A DNA stretch of 64,000 nt, taken from assembly GCA_951406725.2 (NCBI GenBank), contig OX597838.1, forward strand, positions 25,544,001 through 25,608,000. The letters are read 5' to 3'. The DNA comes from Octopus vulgaris. Taxonomy: Eukaryota. Under the pieces are notes generated by a model. The model was not told the origin of the DNA. It did no database searches and saw nothing but the letters and a program-made list of their open reading frames with translations. Position 1 is the first letter of the stretch, and each line of letters begins with the position of its first letter. The position numbers and the translations under genes were made by a program. Of the stretch, positions 24,997-37,863 are shown in pieces.

Positions 24997-27535
24997 TTAA
25001 TGCTGATATAAAAGTGGCAAGCTGAGAGAATCATTTGCATATCTGACAAAATGCTGAACAGCATTTCATCTGGTTCTTTACATCCTGAGTTCAATCCTGC
25101 TGAGATCAACTTTACCTTTCATTCCTTCAGGATTGATAAAAATAAAGTACCAGTGACATACTGGGGTCAATGTAGTCAACATGCCACCTCTCCTCTAAAA
25201 GAAACAATTTGCTGATCATGAATCCTGCCCTTTCAGCGCAGTGAATGTTGTGATCTTGGTTACTGACACACCACAGAGACTGGGTAACTGGCCCTGTGAG
25301 GCCTAGGGCTAAAAAAAAAAAGAAATACTGATATATTGCTTGTTCTTTTTTGTTGTATATTTTTGTGTTTTTCATTGTTCTTATTTTTCTCTTTCTCTCT
25401 TCCAATCCATTGTAAAAATTGTACATTTTGTTCCACAGCTTTTGTTCATTATTGAAATGTATTTCCCATTCTCCCCACCATCACCTTGTTTCTATGTTCG
25501 GCTCTGATATTGGTAAAATATAACCATCCTCTTCATTGTCACCCTCCTCCTCTTCATCCTCCTCCATGTTTGAGATGTTCATATTCCAATGTGGATAAAT
25601 TTTGTTTTTCTTTCATCTCTGGTCTCTGAAGTGTTCATTTTGTTTTTGTTTTACACCCAATTTAACTTTTGCTATTGTTGCTATAATTGCTTTTATTAAT
25701 TAATAATTTTTTTGTCATTTTCATGTGGATGGGGTGGGGGTGCTGTTTCTTTTTTTAAAAATGCTTTTGTTTTTAAGTCTCTCCCCAAACATCACTACCC
25801 TCCCTCCCTTCCATTTTGTATTTTTTTTTTTTTACCTGATGCTGCTTTCTGTATCAGTGGTGACCGCTAAGTGTGTGATCAGGTACCTGTTTATAGGCCA
25901 CCCCTTTCTCACCCACATCAGACATTCGCCATTATCATTTTTTTTACTATTCAATATAAAAAAATACAATTTCTCTCTTCCCTTCTATCTTTCTTTCTCT
26001 CTCTCTCTCTTTCCCACCTCTGTCTTTCACCCCTGCTCTCTCTGTCCGTCTCTCTCTCCCTCCCACCTTCTCTATCTTTTTCTTCCTCTCCCTCTCAAAC
26101 CCAGGCTGTCTCACTGTAGATAGAGATCCTCTGGGCTGTTGAACTGGCAAAATTATTTCCATGCTGGACAAATGCTTAGCAACACTTCATTCTGACTCCT
26201 TCGTGTTCCGAGGTCAGATGCCACCAAGGTAGACTTTGACTTTACATCCTTTCAAGGTTGATTAAATAAGTATTAGTTGAACCCTGGGGGTTTGAAGTAA
26301 TCAACTTGCTTGTCCCCTCAAGATTAGAAAGAACTATAGAGATTCAGTGATAAGCAATTTCTCCACTCCTTCCGTCTTCCCATCGTTCATTCCATGCCCT
26401 CCACTTACCTTCTGTCATATTCCTCAGGCTGAACTCTTCTTAACATCCTATCTTGCTTGTACTTGTGGTGGTATTCACTCTGGGTTGGTTGAGTCAGCTG
26501 CAACCAAGGAGTACACCAAATCCCTCCTGAATGATAAACATATCCAGTGGCTGGCCCTAACGTTCCAGCAGGCAAAGTAATGCTTCTGCCCGCACCCCAA
26601 AAATCCAGCTTACAAACTGGACAAATGCTACAGTGGGAGATCAAGTGCATTGGACAACGTGGACACCATAGCCGTAGTCATTCGTTGTTGAGGTGTAAGG
26701 TTCATGTTTGGGGTTTCAGGGTGATTACAAGCTCCTGTGTGGCCTCCAGTCACATGAATACACACTTTGGTATTGTGTGTTCCATGGCAGCTCATCATGC
26801 TGTCACAGAAAATTTGCTGACCAAGTCACTGTTGATTATTGGAGCAGATGTATCATGGGTTTGAAGCAGGAGATACACATGCTAGTTAACCTATAACTGG
26901 GACCCTAATGGGCACTACTACTCCAGCTCAGAGTTGACCTGGGAACAGTAGGGGTTAAGAGGTGATTCTACATTCCTCAAAGCCCTGGGACTTCCATTCC
27001 AAAGACTTCTGTTACTATTTAGTGAGGAAGGAGTGTGATGCTGATGACCCTTTTAGGGTCTCTGAAACTAGTGGGAAGGAAGGTAGGTATCTCCCAAACT
27101 GGAGACCTGGACCATCAAATGCTTACAACAGAGTGCACTCCACTGAAGGAACCCAAGGTGTTTGGGGGTGAGCAGGTGATTAAACCCTACGATCCAAATA
27201 GGTCATTGTAAGATTTGACCTAAGAACATAAAGAGCCTCAACAAATATTACAAGACACTCTGACCAATATTCTGCCATTTACTCCAGTTCATCACCCTAC
27301 ACACTTATTTATCAACCCCAGAAGGACAAATGATGAAGTTTATGTTGGGTGGAAATTGAACTCAAAGTGCAAGAACCCCAAGAATAAATACCACAAGGTA
27401 TTTTGTTGAATGTTCTGTTACCAATCTCACCACAGTATTAGCAGCAGTCTCATGGTCTCCCTCTGCTGTAGTCACTGTCAAGACAGATAAGCAATCAGGA
27501 TTGTGAATTGATAGGTAGTACAGTGAAGAAAGCAT

Positions 27536-27746
27536 ATTGTATTTTTCAGCATAAAACTCAAATTATTCAGACCAAAATTTATAACCAAAAATGGTAGGTT
27601 GACTTCTACACTAAAACGGCTTTGGAGGACCAAAAATTCCATGTGAAAGGCAGCAGAATTTGGCAAGATAACCATGATGTTTGAATGTTTACACTACATG
27701 TGAACACTATATACTATGTTGACTTGTGTGCCACAAGATACAGTGA
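27536..27746. mobile_element. Tc1/pogo-like MITE
   Basis: Internal homology (CTTTGGAGGACCAAAAA...GTGAAA..CAGCAG) with 31028-31236; degenerate TIRs. Confidence 0.55.
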
Positions 27747-28096
27747 CCTGCCACTCTACACCCTATATGTTCTTGATTAAAATGTTTTAATAGAAATATC
27801 AGCTGAATCTCCCTCAAAATAACACCCTGCTCTGTTTAAAGATAGAAGAAAGTTACATTGGCTGATATAGTCTTAAACAGGCACTCCGTTTGTTCTGATG
27901 ACTATGGTTTCAATTGATGTAATCAACAGAACAGTCTATTCTTCAAATTAATGTGCAAAGGACTGAACACTCTGAAGACACGCATACCCTTAATGTAGTT
28001 CTCAGAGAGATTCAACATGACACAATCATGAGCTGAATACTGCAACCACTTAACTATGTATTTTCACTAAGGTAGTCTTATTCCCTTAAGGGATGA

Positions 28097-28416
28097 GTAA
28101 GGACTGGCCAACCTGAGGCCTGTGGCCTGCAGACTTTTATCTTGCAGCCCACTTGATACTTTCTTGAAATGCGTTTATTTAAACAAACATTTAAAAAATT
28201 TTGTCAAAAATTAAAGATTGTGATGAAAAATATAAAACCAAAATACTACTGTTTTTTGCAATGATATTTCATTTTGAATCAACGATGGTTCATTCATTAT
28301 TGTAATAACAGCATGAGAAAGCAAAATGCTTTCAGTTCTGTTAGTATACAAGTGGCCCTCAAAAAACTTTCTGTGATTAAAGTGGTCCACAATATATTTC
28401 GAGTTGGCCAGGCCTG
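28097..28416. mobile_element. hAT-like MITE
   Basis: GGACTGGCCAACCT...AGTTGGCCAGGCCTG inverted ends with GTGGCCC subterminal motifs. Confidence 0.5.
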
Positions 28417-28545
28417 CCTTAGCTCAACAACTGGCTTACATGTCAGTGTTAATAACCAAGGCTTATTGTCTGATTACTTCACTGGAGTCAATCAAGAAAC
28501 AACATATTTTATTATTGTTGTTGGCTAGCAGAATCGTGAATATGT

Positions 28546-28908
28546 CACAGGAGTGGCTGTGTGGTAAGTGGCTTGCTTACCAACCACATGGTTCCGGGTT
28601 CAGTCCCACTGCATGGCACCTTGGGCAAGTGTCTTCTACTATAGACTCGGGCCAACCAAAGCCTTGTGAATGGACTTGGCAGACGGAAACTGAAAGAAGC
28701 CTGTCATATATATGTACATATATGTGTTTGTCCCCCCAACATTGCTTAACAACAGATGCTGGTGTGTTTACGTCCCCGTAATTTAGCGGTTCAGCAAAAG
28801 AGACCGATAGAATAAGTACTAGGCTTACAAAGAATAAGTCCTGGGGTCGATTTGCTTCACTAAAGGTGGTGCTCCAGCATGGCCACAGTCAAATGACTGA
28901 AACAAGCA
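28546..28908 (+). mobile_element. Full-length family A SINE
   Basis: CAGGAGTGGCTGTGTGGTAAG...GGTTCCGGGTTCAGTCCCACTG...ATGACTGAAACAAG. Confidence 0.88.
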
Positions 28909-29348
28909 AATCCTCACAAAGTTTCGTCCTCCTCCCTCAACCATCTTCCTATTCTCTTCTCCTCCACCTCAAACCTTGGTCCCTGATCACACACACACAC
29001 ATACACACATCTATCTTCATATATTGCTGATGTTGTCATTGTTGTATGACTACATGTTTTATCTTTACAGTTTCTGTATTGTAAGTATTACCTGTTGCTT
29101 GACATCTAGATTTAGTTTCAAAACTCACCAGTCACAACCCAACACACACACACGCATACATATATACTCATACATATACACTCAATTATATTGATCAATT
29201 ATTGGTTCTTCTTAGAAAACTTGCTTTTTTTCACCCTCATATTTATATGAATTATAGGTATGTATGCATAAGCACATATACATACAGACACATATGTTTA
29301 TATATTTGCATGTGTCTATCTCCCTATATATGCTTTTATGTATGTATG

Positions 29349-29384
<36 letters not shown>

Positions 29385-29433
29385 ATCTTTGTTTTGTTAT
29401 GGACATTTCCTAATTCTTGTTCTGTTCTTGCAG

Positions 29434-29507
29434 CTGGCCGTACTACAACTAATGAAGAACTAGAAGACATGTTAGAATCTGGGAATCCAGCCATTTTCAC
29501 ACAAGGG
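29434..29507 (+). CDS. STX1: Syntaxin-1 exon 7 (linker), (T)GRTTTNEELEDMLESGNPAIFTQG
   Basis: CTAAT branch-like motif, pyrimidine tract and GCAG acceptor; GTATGT donor; 74 nt, phase 1 to 0; contains the LE pair equivalent to L165/E166. Confidence 0.97.
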
Positions 29508-29527
29508 GTATGTATTTATTGTTATTC

Positions 29528-29746
29528 CTGGCAGAATCATTAGCACGCTGGGCACAATGCTCAGTAGCATTTCATCTTTCTTTACATTCTGAGTTCAAAT
29601 TCTGCTGAGGTCGACTTTGCCTTTTTTTTCCTTTAGGAGTTGATAAATTAAATACCAGTGAAACACTGGGGGTCGATATAATCAACTGGTCTACTCCCAC
29701 CAAATTTCAGGCCTTGTGCCATTAGTAGAAAGGATTATTATTATTA
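29528..29746 (+). mobile_element. Family B SINE ~20 nt downstream of the exon 7 donor
   Basis: CTGGCAGAATCATTAGCA...GTTCAAATTCTGC...AGTAGAAAGGATTATTATT. Confidence 0.85.
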
Positions 29747-29908
29747 TGTTTGCTAAAATGATGATCTGGCAGAATCCATAGCTCCTTTCTCACCACTTTG
29801 TCCCACATCTTCCTGGGTCTACTCCTTTCACATGTTCCCTCTACAATATCATCATTATTGTTATCAAATGCTGCCAGGGTCAACTTTGAAAGGGTTATTA
29901 TTATTATT

Positions 29909-30442
29909 GAGTGAGAGAGCAGTGCATACCATCAAAGTGACACTGGGGTAAAATATACGAAGCCCAGTATACCCATCATGACTACCCGTCTGATAAGGGT
30001 ACACCAGGCACATGCATCACAATCATATGTGCATGACATGGTGATCTCATATCAAGATAATCAGTGCATGACCTTGCAGGTGGGGGCCCAGTTAGAATTT
30101 TCTTCAGGTCAAGTAGCCCATCCCGTTCAAAAGGTCCCTGAAGAGGTTTGTTTGAGGATGATAAACGAAACACCCATTTCCAGAAGTGAATTATTTAAAG
30201 CCCAAAGAATCCTTCTCAACACATGGCTATGATGCTCCCCCACTACTTCTGCTCGTGATCAGAGATGCACATATCGTCAGCCACTAAGGGACATGCTCAA
30301 CTGGTTAAGGTCAAACAACTGACAAGCAAATCTGTGGTATTGAGCAGAATATTTGCTGTAGCCCATCTTTTATACCAAGACAAAACAATGTACATGATAA
30401 CACTTCCAACCAGTTAACGTCAAAAGCCATGAGAGCCACTGC
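29909..30442. mobile_element. Low-divergence interspersed repeat inserted in an (ATT)n tail; possibly the 3' UTR of a microsatellite-targeting LINE
   Basis: CpG-retaining block bounded on both sides by GAAAGG(G/A)TTATTATT; family not identified. Confidence 0.45.
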
Positions 30443-30805
30443 TTAGAAAGGATTATTATTACTATTATTATTATTATATGCTTAGAAAGGATTTTTTATT
30501 TTTTTATTTTAATTAAAAAATTTTTTTTATTTATCATTTCATTATTATATGTAAACCCCCAAACTTTATGTCTGTTGCTGTATTGCCGCACCTAATCTTT
30601 CACCTTCGTGGCAAATAAATGAAATCATTATTATTATTAAATGCTTAGAAAGAGTTATTAGTGCACTGGACAAAATGCTTCGTAGCATTTCTTCAGTTTC
30701 AATCCATTTTGAATTCAATGAAGAATTTAGTAAAATAACTTTGTTGTTTGATGGTTTCTTGTAATCCTTGCTTAATTTCTGTTTCTTTTTGTTTCTCTCT
30801 TTCAG

Positions 30806-30943
30806 ATAATAATGGAGACCCAACAAGCTAGGCAGACATTAGCAGATATTGAGGCCCGACATGAGGATATTATCAAATTAGAAAATAGTATAAGGGAACT
30901 ACACGACATGTTTATGGACATGGCTATGTTAGTAGAGAGCCAG
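30806..30943 (+). CDS. STX1: Syntaxin-1 exon 8 (SNARE motif N-terminal half to zero-layer Q), [46 protein letters not shown]
   Basis: TTTCAG acceptor, CAG/GTAGGG donor, 138 nt; unmistakable Qa-SNARE H3 sequence. Confidence 0.98.
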
Positions 30944-31027
30944 GTAGGGAAGTTTTTATATATATATATATATATTTGTGTGTGTGTGTGTGTGCATATT
31001 AGCAGTTTTTGCTTATTGGGGTTGGCT

Positions 31028-31236
31028 ACCATATTTTCCAGCATACAAGTCAGATTTTACTGGCCAAAATTTACAACCCCTTCATAAAACAGGTAAGCTG
31101 AATTATACACTAAGACGACTTTGGAGGACCAAAAAATCCCTGTGAAATGCAGCAGGATTTGGAAAGATGGTATTGATGCTTGAATGTTTGTACTATGTTT
31201 ACACTAAATACTATGCTGGCTTGTATGCTGGTAAAT
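31028..31236. mobile_element. Tc1/pogo-like MITE
   Basis: TTTTCCAGCATACAAGTCAG is inverted to CTGGCTTGTATGCTGGTAAA; homologous to 27536-27746. Confidence 0.6.
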
Positions 31237-32121
31237 AGAGTTTATTGGTTGAGAGCCATGGAGAGCAGTTCATGCATACATACATATATGATGGATATCT
31301 CTCATGAACAACAAATAGGGGTTCAGTCATGTACTATGGACATGAATGTGTCTCTTGAGACCTGCTGGTGCCTTGCAATTTTTTGGCAAGGAGAACAAGT
31401 TCAAGACTTGGCTTGCTCTATTGTTTTTGGATCATTTACTATGTGCTCTCTTGAGTGAATGGCAAGGATGCTTTGCTTTGTGCCACAAAACCACAATAGC
31501 ATGTTAAGTTTCCATTTAGAGGAGCAATGTTTTACCAGCATGCCTTCATATATATATATATAGGGAGAGTTTATGAAAAAAACAAATGACGAAGACAGGT
31601 GGTGTACAAAACAAACAGATGCATAATGCTCTGGAACAGAAAAAGTCTTTTACGTTTCGAGCCTATATATATATATATAATTTGAGGACAATTATAATCC
31701 TCATTAACATAAACAGATAGTACATGAGAGAGCGAGAGAGTATGTGTGTGCAAGAAATATATTTTGTGGTCTGAGAACTTTAGAAACAACAGGCAAAGAT
31801 GTTTTTTTTCTCATACATGCTCACATATATATGTATACATGCATGCTCCCACTTGTACAGATGCATAAACAGACACATACACACCCATTCAGATGTCTCT
31901 CAGAATTTGGAAAAGAGTTTAAAATGGACTCGGATTGTAAACAAAATACCTCACTCAAACAGATTGCTTCACTCAAGTGCAGTGTCCTGCTCCAACACAA
32001 TGCCTCACTCATACAGAACACCTCTCTAAGACAGAATGCCTCACACAAACAAAAACACCCCACCACGACCACCACCACTAATATTTCATTCCTTCTTTTC
32101 TTACCTTTTCTGTAACCTCAG

Positions 32122-32232
32122 GGTGAGATGATTGATCGAATAGAATATAATGTTGAAGCAGCAGTTGACTATATAGAAACAGCAAAAATGGATACAAGGA
32201 AAGCTGTGAAATACCAAAGTAAAGCCAGACAG
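32122..32232 (+). CDS. STX1: Syntaxin-1 exon 9 (SNARE motif C-terminal half), [37 protein letters not shown]
   Basis: CTCAG acceptor, CAG/GTAAGC donor, 111 nt; absent from the ORF track but read directly from the sequence. Confidence 0.98.
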
Positions 32233-32473
32233 GTAAGCTCACCTTTTTGGTTTTTTTTCCTTCTTTCAGACTATCTTGTCTCTTCTTCTTTCTATACTTA
32301 GAAAACTTTCTACTGCTCATTTTGTAATATATATATATATCTACAATATATTATATATCACATATATATAATATGTTTTCCCAATTTTGAAAGATTATTA
32401 TATTTATTACTATTATGCTCTTAAACAAACGTGTTAAGTTTCCATTCTTGCTCTTCTGTTTTTTTTACTTCAG

Positions 32474-32488
32474 AAAGTCAACTTCTAG
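32474..32488 (+). CDS. Candidate short alternative terminal exon KVNF* (TM-less isoform)
   Basis: About 30-nt pyrimidine tract plus CTTCAG, then AAA GTC AAC TTC TAG in phase 0; no transcript evidence. Confidence 0.3.
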   Translation, partial: KVNF

Positions 32489-32594
32489 AAAATTCTATCT
32501 TTTAATGTTTTAAATATTAGGTAACATAGATCTTTTTGTCTTGTCCCCTTTCTCTTATTTCTGTCTGTTGTATTTTGCTTCTTCATTCCAAAAA

Positions 32595-32935
32595 AGCATT
32601 AATCTTCATCTTTAATCCTCAAGTGTTAATCATCATATTTATACTTCTTTGTGAAACATCATCTTTAATCTTCAACCTTATTCATCATTAATCATCATGC
32701 TTAAACATTATCTTTAATCCATGTTTAATCTTTGACTTTTACCCTCATTTTTAAATAACTTTGTTGTTAATCTTCAGCTTTAATCCTCTTATTTAATCTT
32801 CATCGTTTATCCACATCTTTAATTATCTTCATTAATCATCACCTTTAAATCTCATCTTTAATCTTCAGCTTTTATCCTTGTCTTTAATCCTCATCTTTAA
32901 TAATTAATCGTCCTCTTGAATCTTTCCTGATGTGA
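32595..32935. repeat. Cryptic tandem repeat of CATCTTTAATC(T/C)T-like units
   Basis: Many TTAATC and TCATC motifs at about 12-15 nt spacing. Confidence 0.75.
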
Positions 32936-33372
32936 GCTGATATTTTCCTTTCAAATATGTATCATTCTGTATCTTGTATATCTTTGTCCATGTCACCTGT
33001 TTTAACTATTAATTCCGAAATAACTGCGATGTTTGTTTACCTTAATCCCTCTAATCCTTTCTTGTTTATGATGAATCTCTAATCGAGTCAGTTTCCTGTT
33101 AATCCTTACCTTGTTATTGTTCTCTTCTCATCATACTGAGATTCTTGAGTTTTTTATATTTTGTTTTTTACTTTTTAAATTCTTTGACCATGTTAAAGAA
33201 ATCGGACTTTCACAGTGGTCAATACCAATTCCTGTTGAAACTGTTAGGTCTGATGAATTTTGAGCTTTTGATAAATTCCTCCCAAAGGAGTCAGGGTGTT
33301 TCTGCATATTTTTGTATTCAGTTTGTAAGATTCTCAAAGTGAATTTGTATGTTGAAACAAATCTTCTGGTAA

Positions 33373-33732
33373 CTAGGGAGGGTCGTTATGCCAGTAAAGA
33401 TTAGACACATGCACTGGTTCAGTACCACTTCTTTATTTTACCAACTAACTATTCAATGTTTTTTTTTCTTTTAATGTGTTGATTGAACAGCCAATCAGTT
33501 GTTAGTTTTCTCAGTCAGAGTCCTTTCATTGCTATTTGCAACCTCATTAATGACATGCCCTCACTCTTCAAGGTTATTGATGAGGTCACAAATAATGACG
33601 AAAGGACTCTGACAGATTGATTGTTCAGTCAACACACTAAACAAACCATTGAACAGTTAGTTGGTAAAATAAAGAAGTGTTACTGAACCAGTGCATGTGT
33701 TTAATTTTTATTGACATAATGACCCTCCCTAG
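33373..33732. mobile_element. Foldback MITE, near-palindromic over ~175-bp arms
   Basis: CTAGGGAGGGTC...GACCCTCCCTAG ends; ACACATGCACTGGTTCAGTA pairs with TACTGAACCAGTGCATGTGT. Confidence 0.88.
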
Positions 33733-33749
33733 ACACAAGATTTGTCTTT

Positions 33750-33804
33750 CCATAGTTGGCAAGAAATTGTAACCAAATCTCTCTCAAATCTCACCTGTCT
33801 GTCA

Positions 33805-33852
<48 letters not shown>

Positions 33853-33978
33853 TACGTATTATATTATGCTGCCCAGGATGCATTGTGTAAAATATAAGAT
33901 AGGATGTTCATGGCTGTTGCATCTCTGAATTGTAGGTCTTCTGGATCAGGGCTGATGAGGGGGCTAAACAGCAACAAA
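33750..33978 (+). mobile_element. Interspersed repeat family E (SINE-like 3' part ending GGGCTAAACAAC)
   Basis: CCAAATCTCYCTCAAATC...GATCAGGGCTGA...GGCTAAACA; related copies at about 6900-6985, 9755-9830, 35290-35430, 40215-40370, 44500-44662 and 52995-53170. Confidence 0.6.
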
Positions 33979-36900
33979 TGACAATAAATGCATGAGCTAA
34001 TGAAAGCCCATTTATGTGTTTGCCAACTTGCTCAAAAAGGGATTCAAATGAATCACTCTCAAACCACACTCTATTAGCTTAAAAGAAAAGTTGATGATGT
34101 TGGCAGTTTCTACATGTCTGAAGATCATTAGGGTGGGCAGGGTGTCTTTAAGTGGTTATATAAACCAATCTTTGACACTGCATGACTTTTCTTAATGTCT
34201 GTGCTTAGTAATTTTAAAGAAAGAGTTAGTCCACACAATTTGATCATTGGAGGTTTGGCCAGAGTGGCTCAGCAGATTAAGATGGCTGTGGTGATCAGCA
34301 AGCTGTAGGTTTTACTTTGAAGTGGCTTTTCCTCTGATGAATTACCTTGTAGGGCTGGAGTTGCCAGAAGGGTGACAAAGAGGGCACTGGACTGCATGAG
34401 GGCCTCTACTTCTTGGTTTGCTGTTGAGGTTGACTTCCTTAGCCTTTTCCCTTCTCAAGGCACTCATAAGGCAGTAAAAGTTTGTACTTAAGAGTTTGTC
34501 CCATAACATGCAAATTAACCCACAGCTGGGATCCTGACAGGTATTTCTACACCAGATCAGAGTAGGCCTTGGAACACTAGTGACTAAGAAGTGTTTCCAC
34601 ACTCCCCAAAACCCTGGGATTTCTGAACCAGGACCGCACTACCAGATGAAGTTTAGAATCTTATTCAGGACAAAAAAAGTTAATGTCATTCTAAATACAA
34701 CAATTGAATAAAAGGCTGTCTTGGTAGCCATGTGAATAAAAGTGTTTGTACGCAATAACATACATAAAGGTGGAGGGTTCAATATCTGCTAGGAATTTTA
34801 AAAGAGTCTTAATTGTGTTAGGCACATGTATGGCTATGTGGTCAAGGAGCTTGCTTTACAACCATGTGGTTTGGGGTTCAGTCTCACTGTACAGCAACGT
34901 GATCCCGCATGCCAACCAATGTTTTGGGAATGAGTTTAGTTGATAGAAACTGTGTAAAAGCCCATTGTGTGCATGCTACCTACAGCTTCACAACTGGTGT
35001 TGGTTTGTGTATGTCCTCATGACTTAGCAGTTCATTAAAAGGGATGATAGAATAAGTGCCAGACCCATAAAATAAGTACAAGATTTGATTTGTTCCTTGA
35101 ACCTTTCATAGGCGGTGGCCCTGCATGACTGAAACAAGTTAAAGATAAAAGATGTAATTACACCCTTAATATCTTTAATCATAAATCTACTAATCTAGGG
35201 CTGAGATAACAACAAATGAATTGCCACCACACCACCAACATCAACACTAGAAATATGGAACTACTACTACTAGTCTCTATGTAGTCACTCAGCCTACTAG
35301 ATACAACAGTCAAATCTCCCTCAAATCATGCCCTATCATCTTCAAGAATAGAAAGAGACAAAATAATGAAACCCTAGATGCAAATTGTCTGCAACAAAGT
35401 TGGAATGGTCTTGGTTGGAATCTCTTTTATTACTGCAAGTCATTAACTGTATCTGGCCTGTTAATGGAATGATGTGGGTGAAGTTGAGATTTCTGAAGAC
35501 TGTTATGGTATAATGACCACCACTACTGAATGACTATCACTTGGTTAACATACATGGCCAACTGGTCATGAGCAGAACATTATGGGTTTGATTCTAGACT
35601 GGGCAATGCATTGTATCTTTGAGCAAGGCTCTCTATTTCATTTTGCTCTGGTGTACTCAGCTGAAATTAAGTACCAGCTGAGTACTGGTGCACTTCATTC
35701 TCTCTCTCTCTCTTTATTTATCTGTTCCCCTTCTCTCCCTATATTTTTATTCTATCTCCCTCCCTCTTTCTTTTTCCTTTCCCTCTCTTGTCTTTTTCCT
35801 CTCTATCTCTCTCCCTATTTCTCTCTTCCCCACTTCTCTTCCTTGTCCTCTCCTCTCTTTCTAACAATCAAATCCACAATGTTCTTCTGGGACAAAAGTG
35901 GTAGAGTCCAAGAGGACATCTATCTTTGTTCATGACTACATAGGCATCAACAACAGTTAGCAAAAGCATAGTACTTATGACTTAGTTATGCTCTCTTACC
36001 AGTGATGCTATGCTCTTTATTTTAACTTTTACCCAAAATTCCATACTTATCAATTTCTACAGGAATCGGTACCTTCAGATCTTCAGGCTGATTGTGTATT
36101 GAATGAATCAAAAGTTCTAGCAAGAACAAATCTCATTTCCCTTCTCTCTTTTTTTATTTTTAAAGTTCTTTTCAGATTTAACTCCAACTTATATTAACAG
36201 ACTGCTTGCTCTCTCTCTCTCGGTCTCTCAACATTCCAGCATTTAATCAGTTTATTTACTTGTCTCTGTCAGACAATGGCTTATAGTAGATTCTAGATAT
36301 ATATATATATATATATGCATGCATACATATGTGTGTGTATGTGTTTACTATCTCAAAAGTTGGCAGTCCTCTTTGTGCTTTGCCCTGATCTGGGGTGTCA
36401 AATTGGCAGAGTCATGAGAACATTGGTTAGAATGTCATGTGTTGTTCTAGCTCTCTGCAGCCTGAGTTCAAATCATGCCTTTGAAGCTTGGTAAATAAAC
36501 TACAAGTTCAGGAGTGTGGACAGGTAGAATGTTAAAATGTTGCATGAAAAGTCTTGTGATGCTTGCTTTGACTTTGTGCATTCTGAGTTCAAATGCTACT
36601 TCTTGTCACTGAGAGAGAACAAAAAAAATAATAAATAAACAGATTCTTTGAGATACAGCAAAAATGTTGATAGGTTTAGAATGTCCTAAGAATGTGCTCA
36701 AGTATTTCAGCTGATCACTTCAATACCATCACACCAGCTGGTCAGAGAGAACACATGAGGACTTTTGATCCTCAGCACTCATCAATTGAATATATATATA
36801 TACAATGTAGTATTTTATAAATAAGCTTGAGAGGAATAATATGGTGTGTGTCTTTTCTGATGATTGCTGGAATTATCTTAACTCCCAGAATGAAACCGAT

Positions 36901-37297
36901 TGATAAAGTGTCTGATATGAAAATACAATAGTGGAGTCTATTAATAATAATAATATACCCACTCAATTAACCAGTGTATGAGTGTCTGTTTATTCCAACT
37001 TATGGAGTTTTAGATAACTGTGTATATATATACATACATAATATATATATATAGTTGTATCATTTAATTTAAAGACAAGATAAAGTAAAGCTTACTAGTG
37101 ATTAGATGTTAATTATTTTCATATATTTAATCAGTTATGATTCAAACCCTGGCTTTGTTTTAACCCTTTTAAATGATCAATGTTTAAACTCAAACATTTA
37201 AAATTATCTTAATGCAGTTATTTATGGTATCAGTTATCACACTTCACTTAATTGAAGAATATTTTAAATACATAAAATTTCTCATTTGTAAATCATA

Positions 37298-37863
37298 CTA
37301 AATGTACACACATTGTTAGAAGCCTTCATGTCTTTGGACTGTAAAAATTGTGAGGCAAAAATCTTTTCATATACATGTGTTAAAAACACAGTAAATATCA
37401 GAGTGAGATAAACATTGTTGCTGTAGACTCACAAGAATGACAGACATTTTTTATTCTTCTTGAGGTTTGTCAATGCAATTCACCTGATTGTCACCTGCTT
37501 AACAAAATTCATGTTTTGAGTATATAAGAAATAGTGAAAACATTCGCTGGTGTTGTGGAAGCTTGCTGGGCAACAGAAAAACTTTGTATACATAATTGAA
37601 ACAGCATTAAATTAAAATTGCCATCTATGTATTATACTAAATGTATATGCACTGTTGAAAAGGCATAATGCTGTTTAATTAAGATAAAAGTCTCTTCATT
37701 GACTTGTGTTAAAAACAATGCATCTGTTGTTCTCATGAGTCACTGTGGCTATAATGTTTCTCTCACTACAATATATGTTGTTTTTAATACATGTCTATGA
37801 GGAGATTTTATCTCAAGACTATTCCACAACATCATACCTTCTAATGGTGTAATGTACATTAAG
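37298..37863. mobile_element. Degenerate foldback element with ~170-bp inverted arms
   Basis: AATGTACA...TTAGAAG...TCATATACATGTGTTAAAAACA is inverted to TGTTTTTAATACATGTCTATGA...CTTCTAA...TGTACATT. Confidence 0.7.

Noticed and set aside
26480-26860. Minus-strand FACWNVRA resembling a LINE endonuclease start
   Set aside because: A single short motif without a continuing ORF; too weak to call
33199-33342. Phase-0 ORF KSDFHSGQYQ... as a further terminal exon
   Set aside because: Weak AAG acceptor, no TM or recognisable motif
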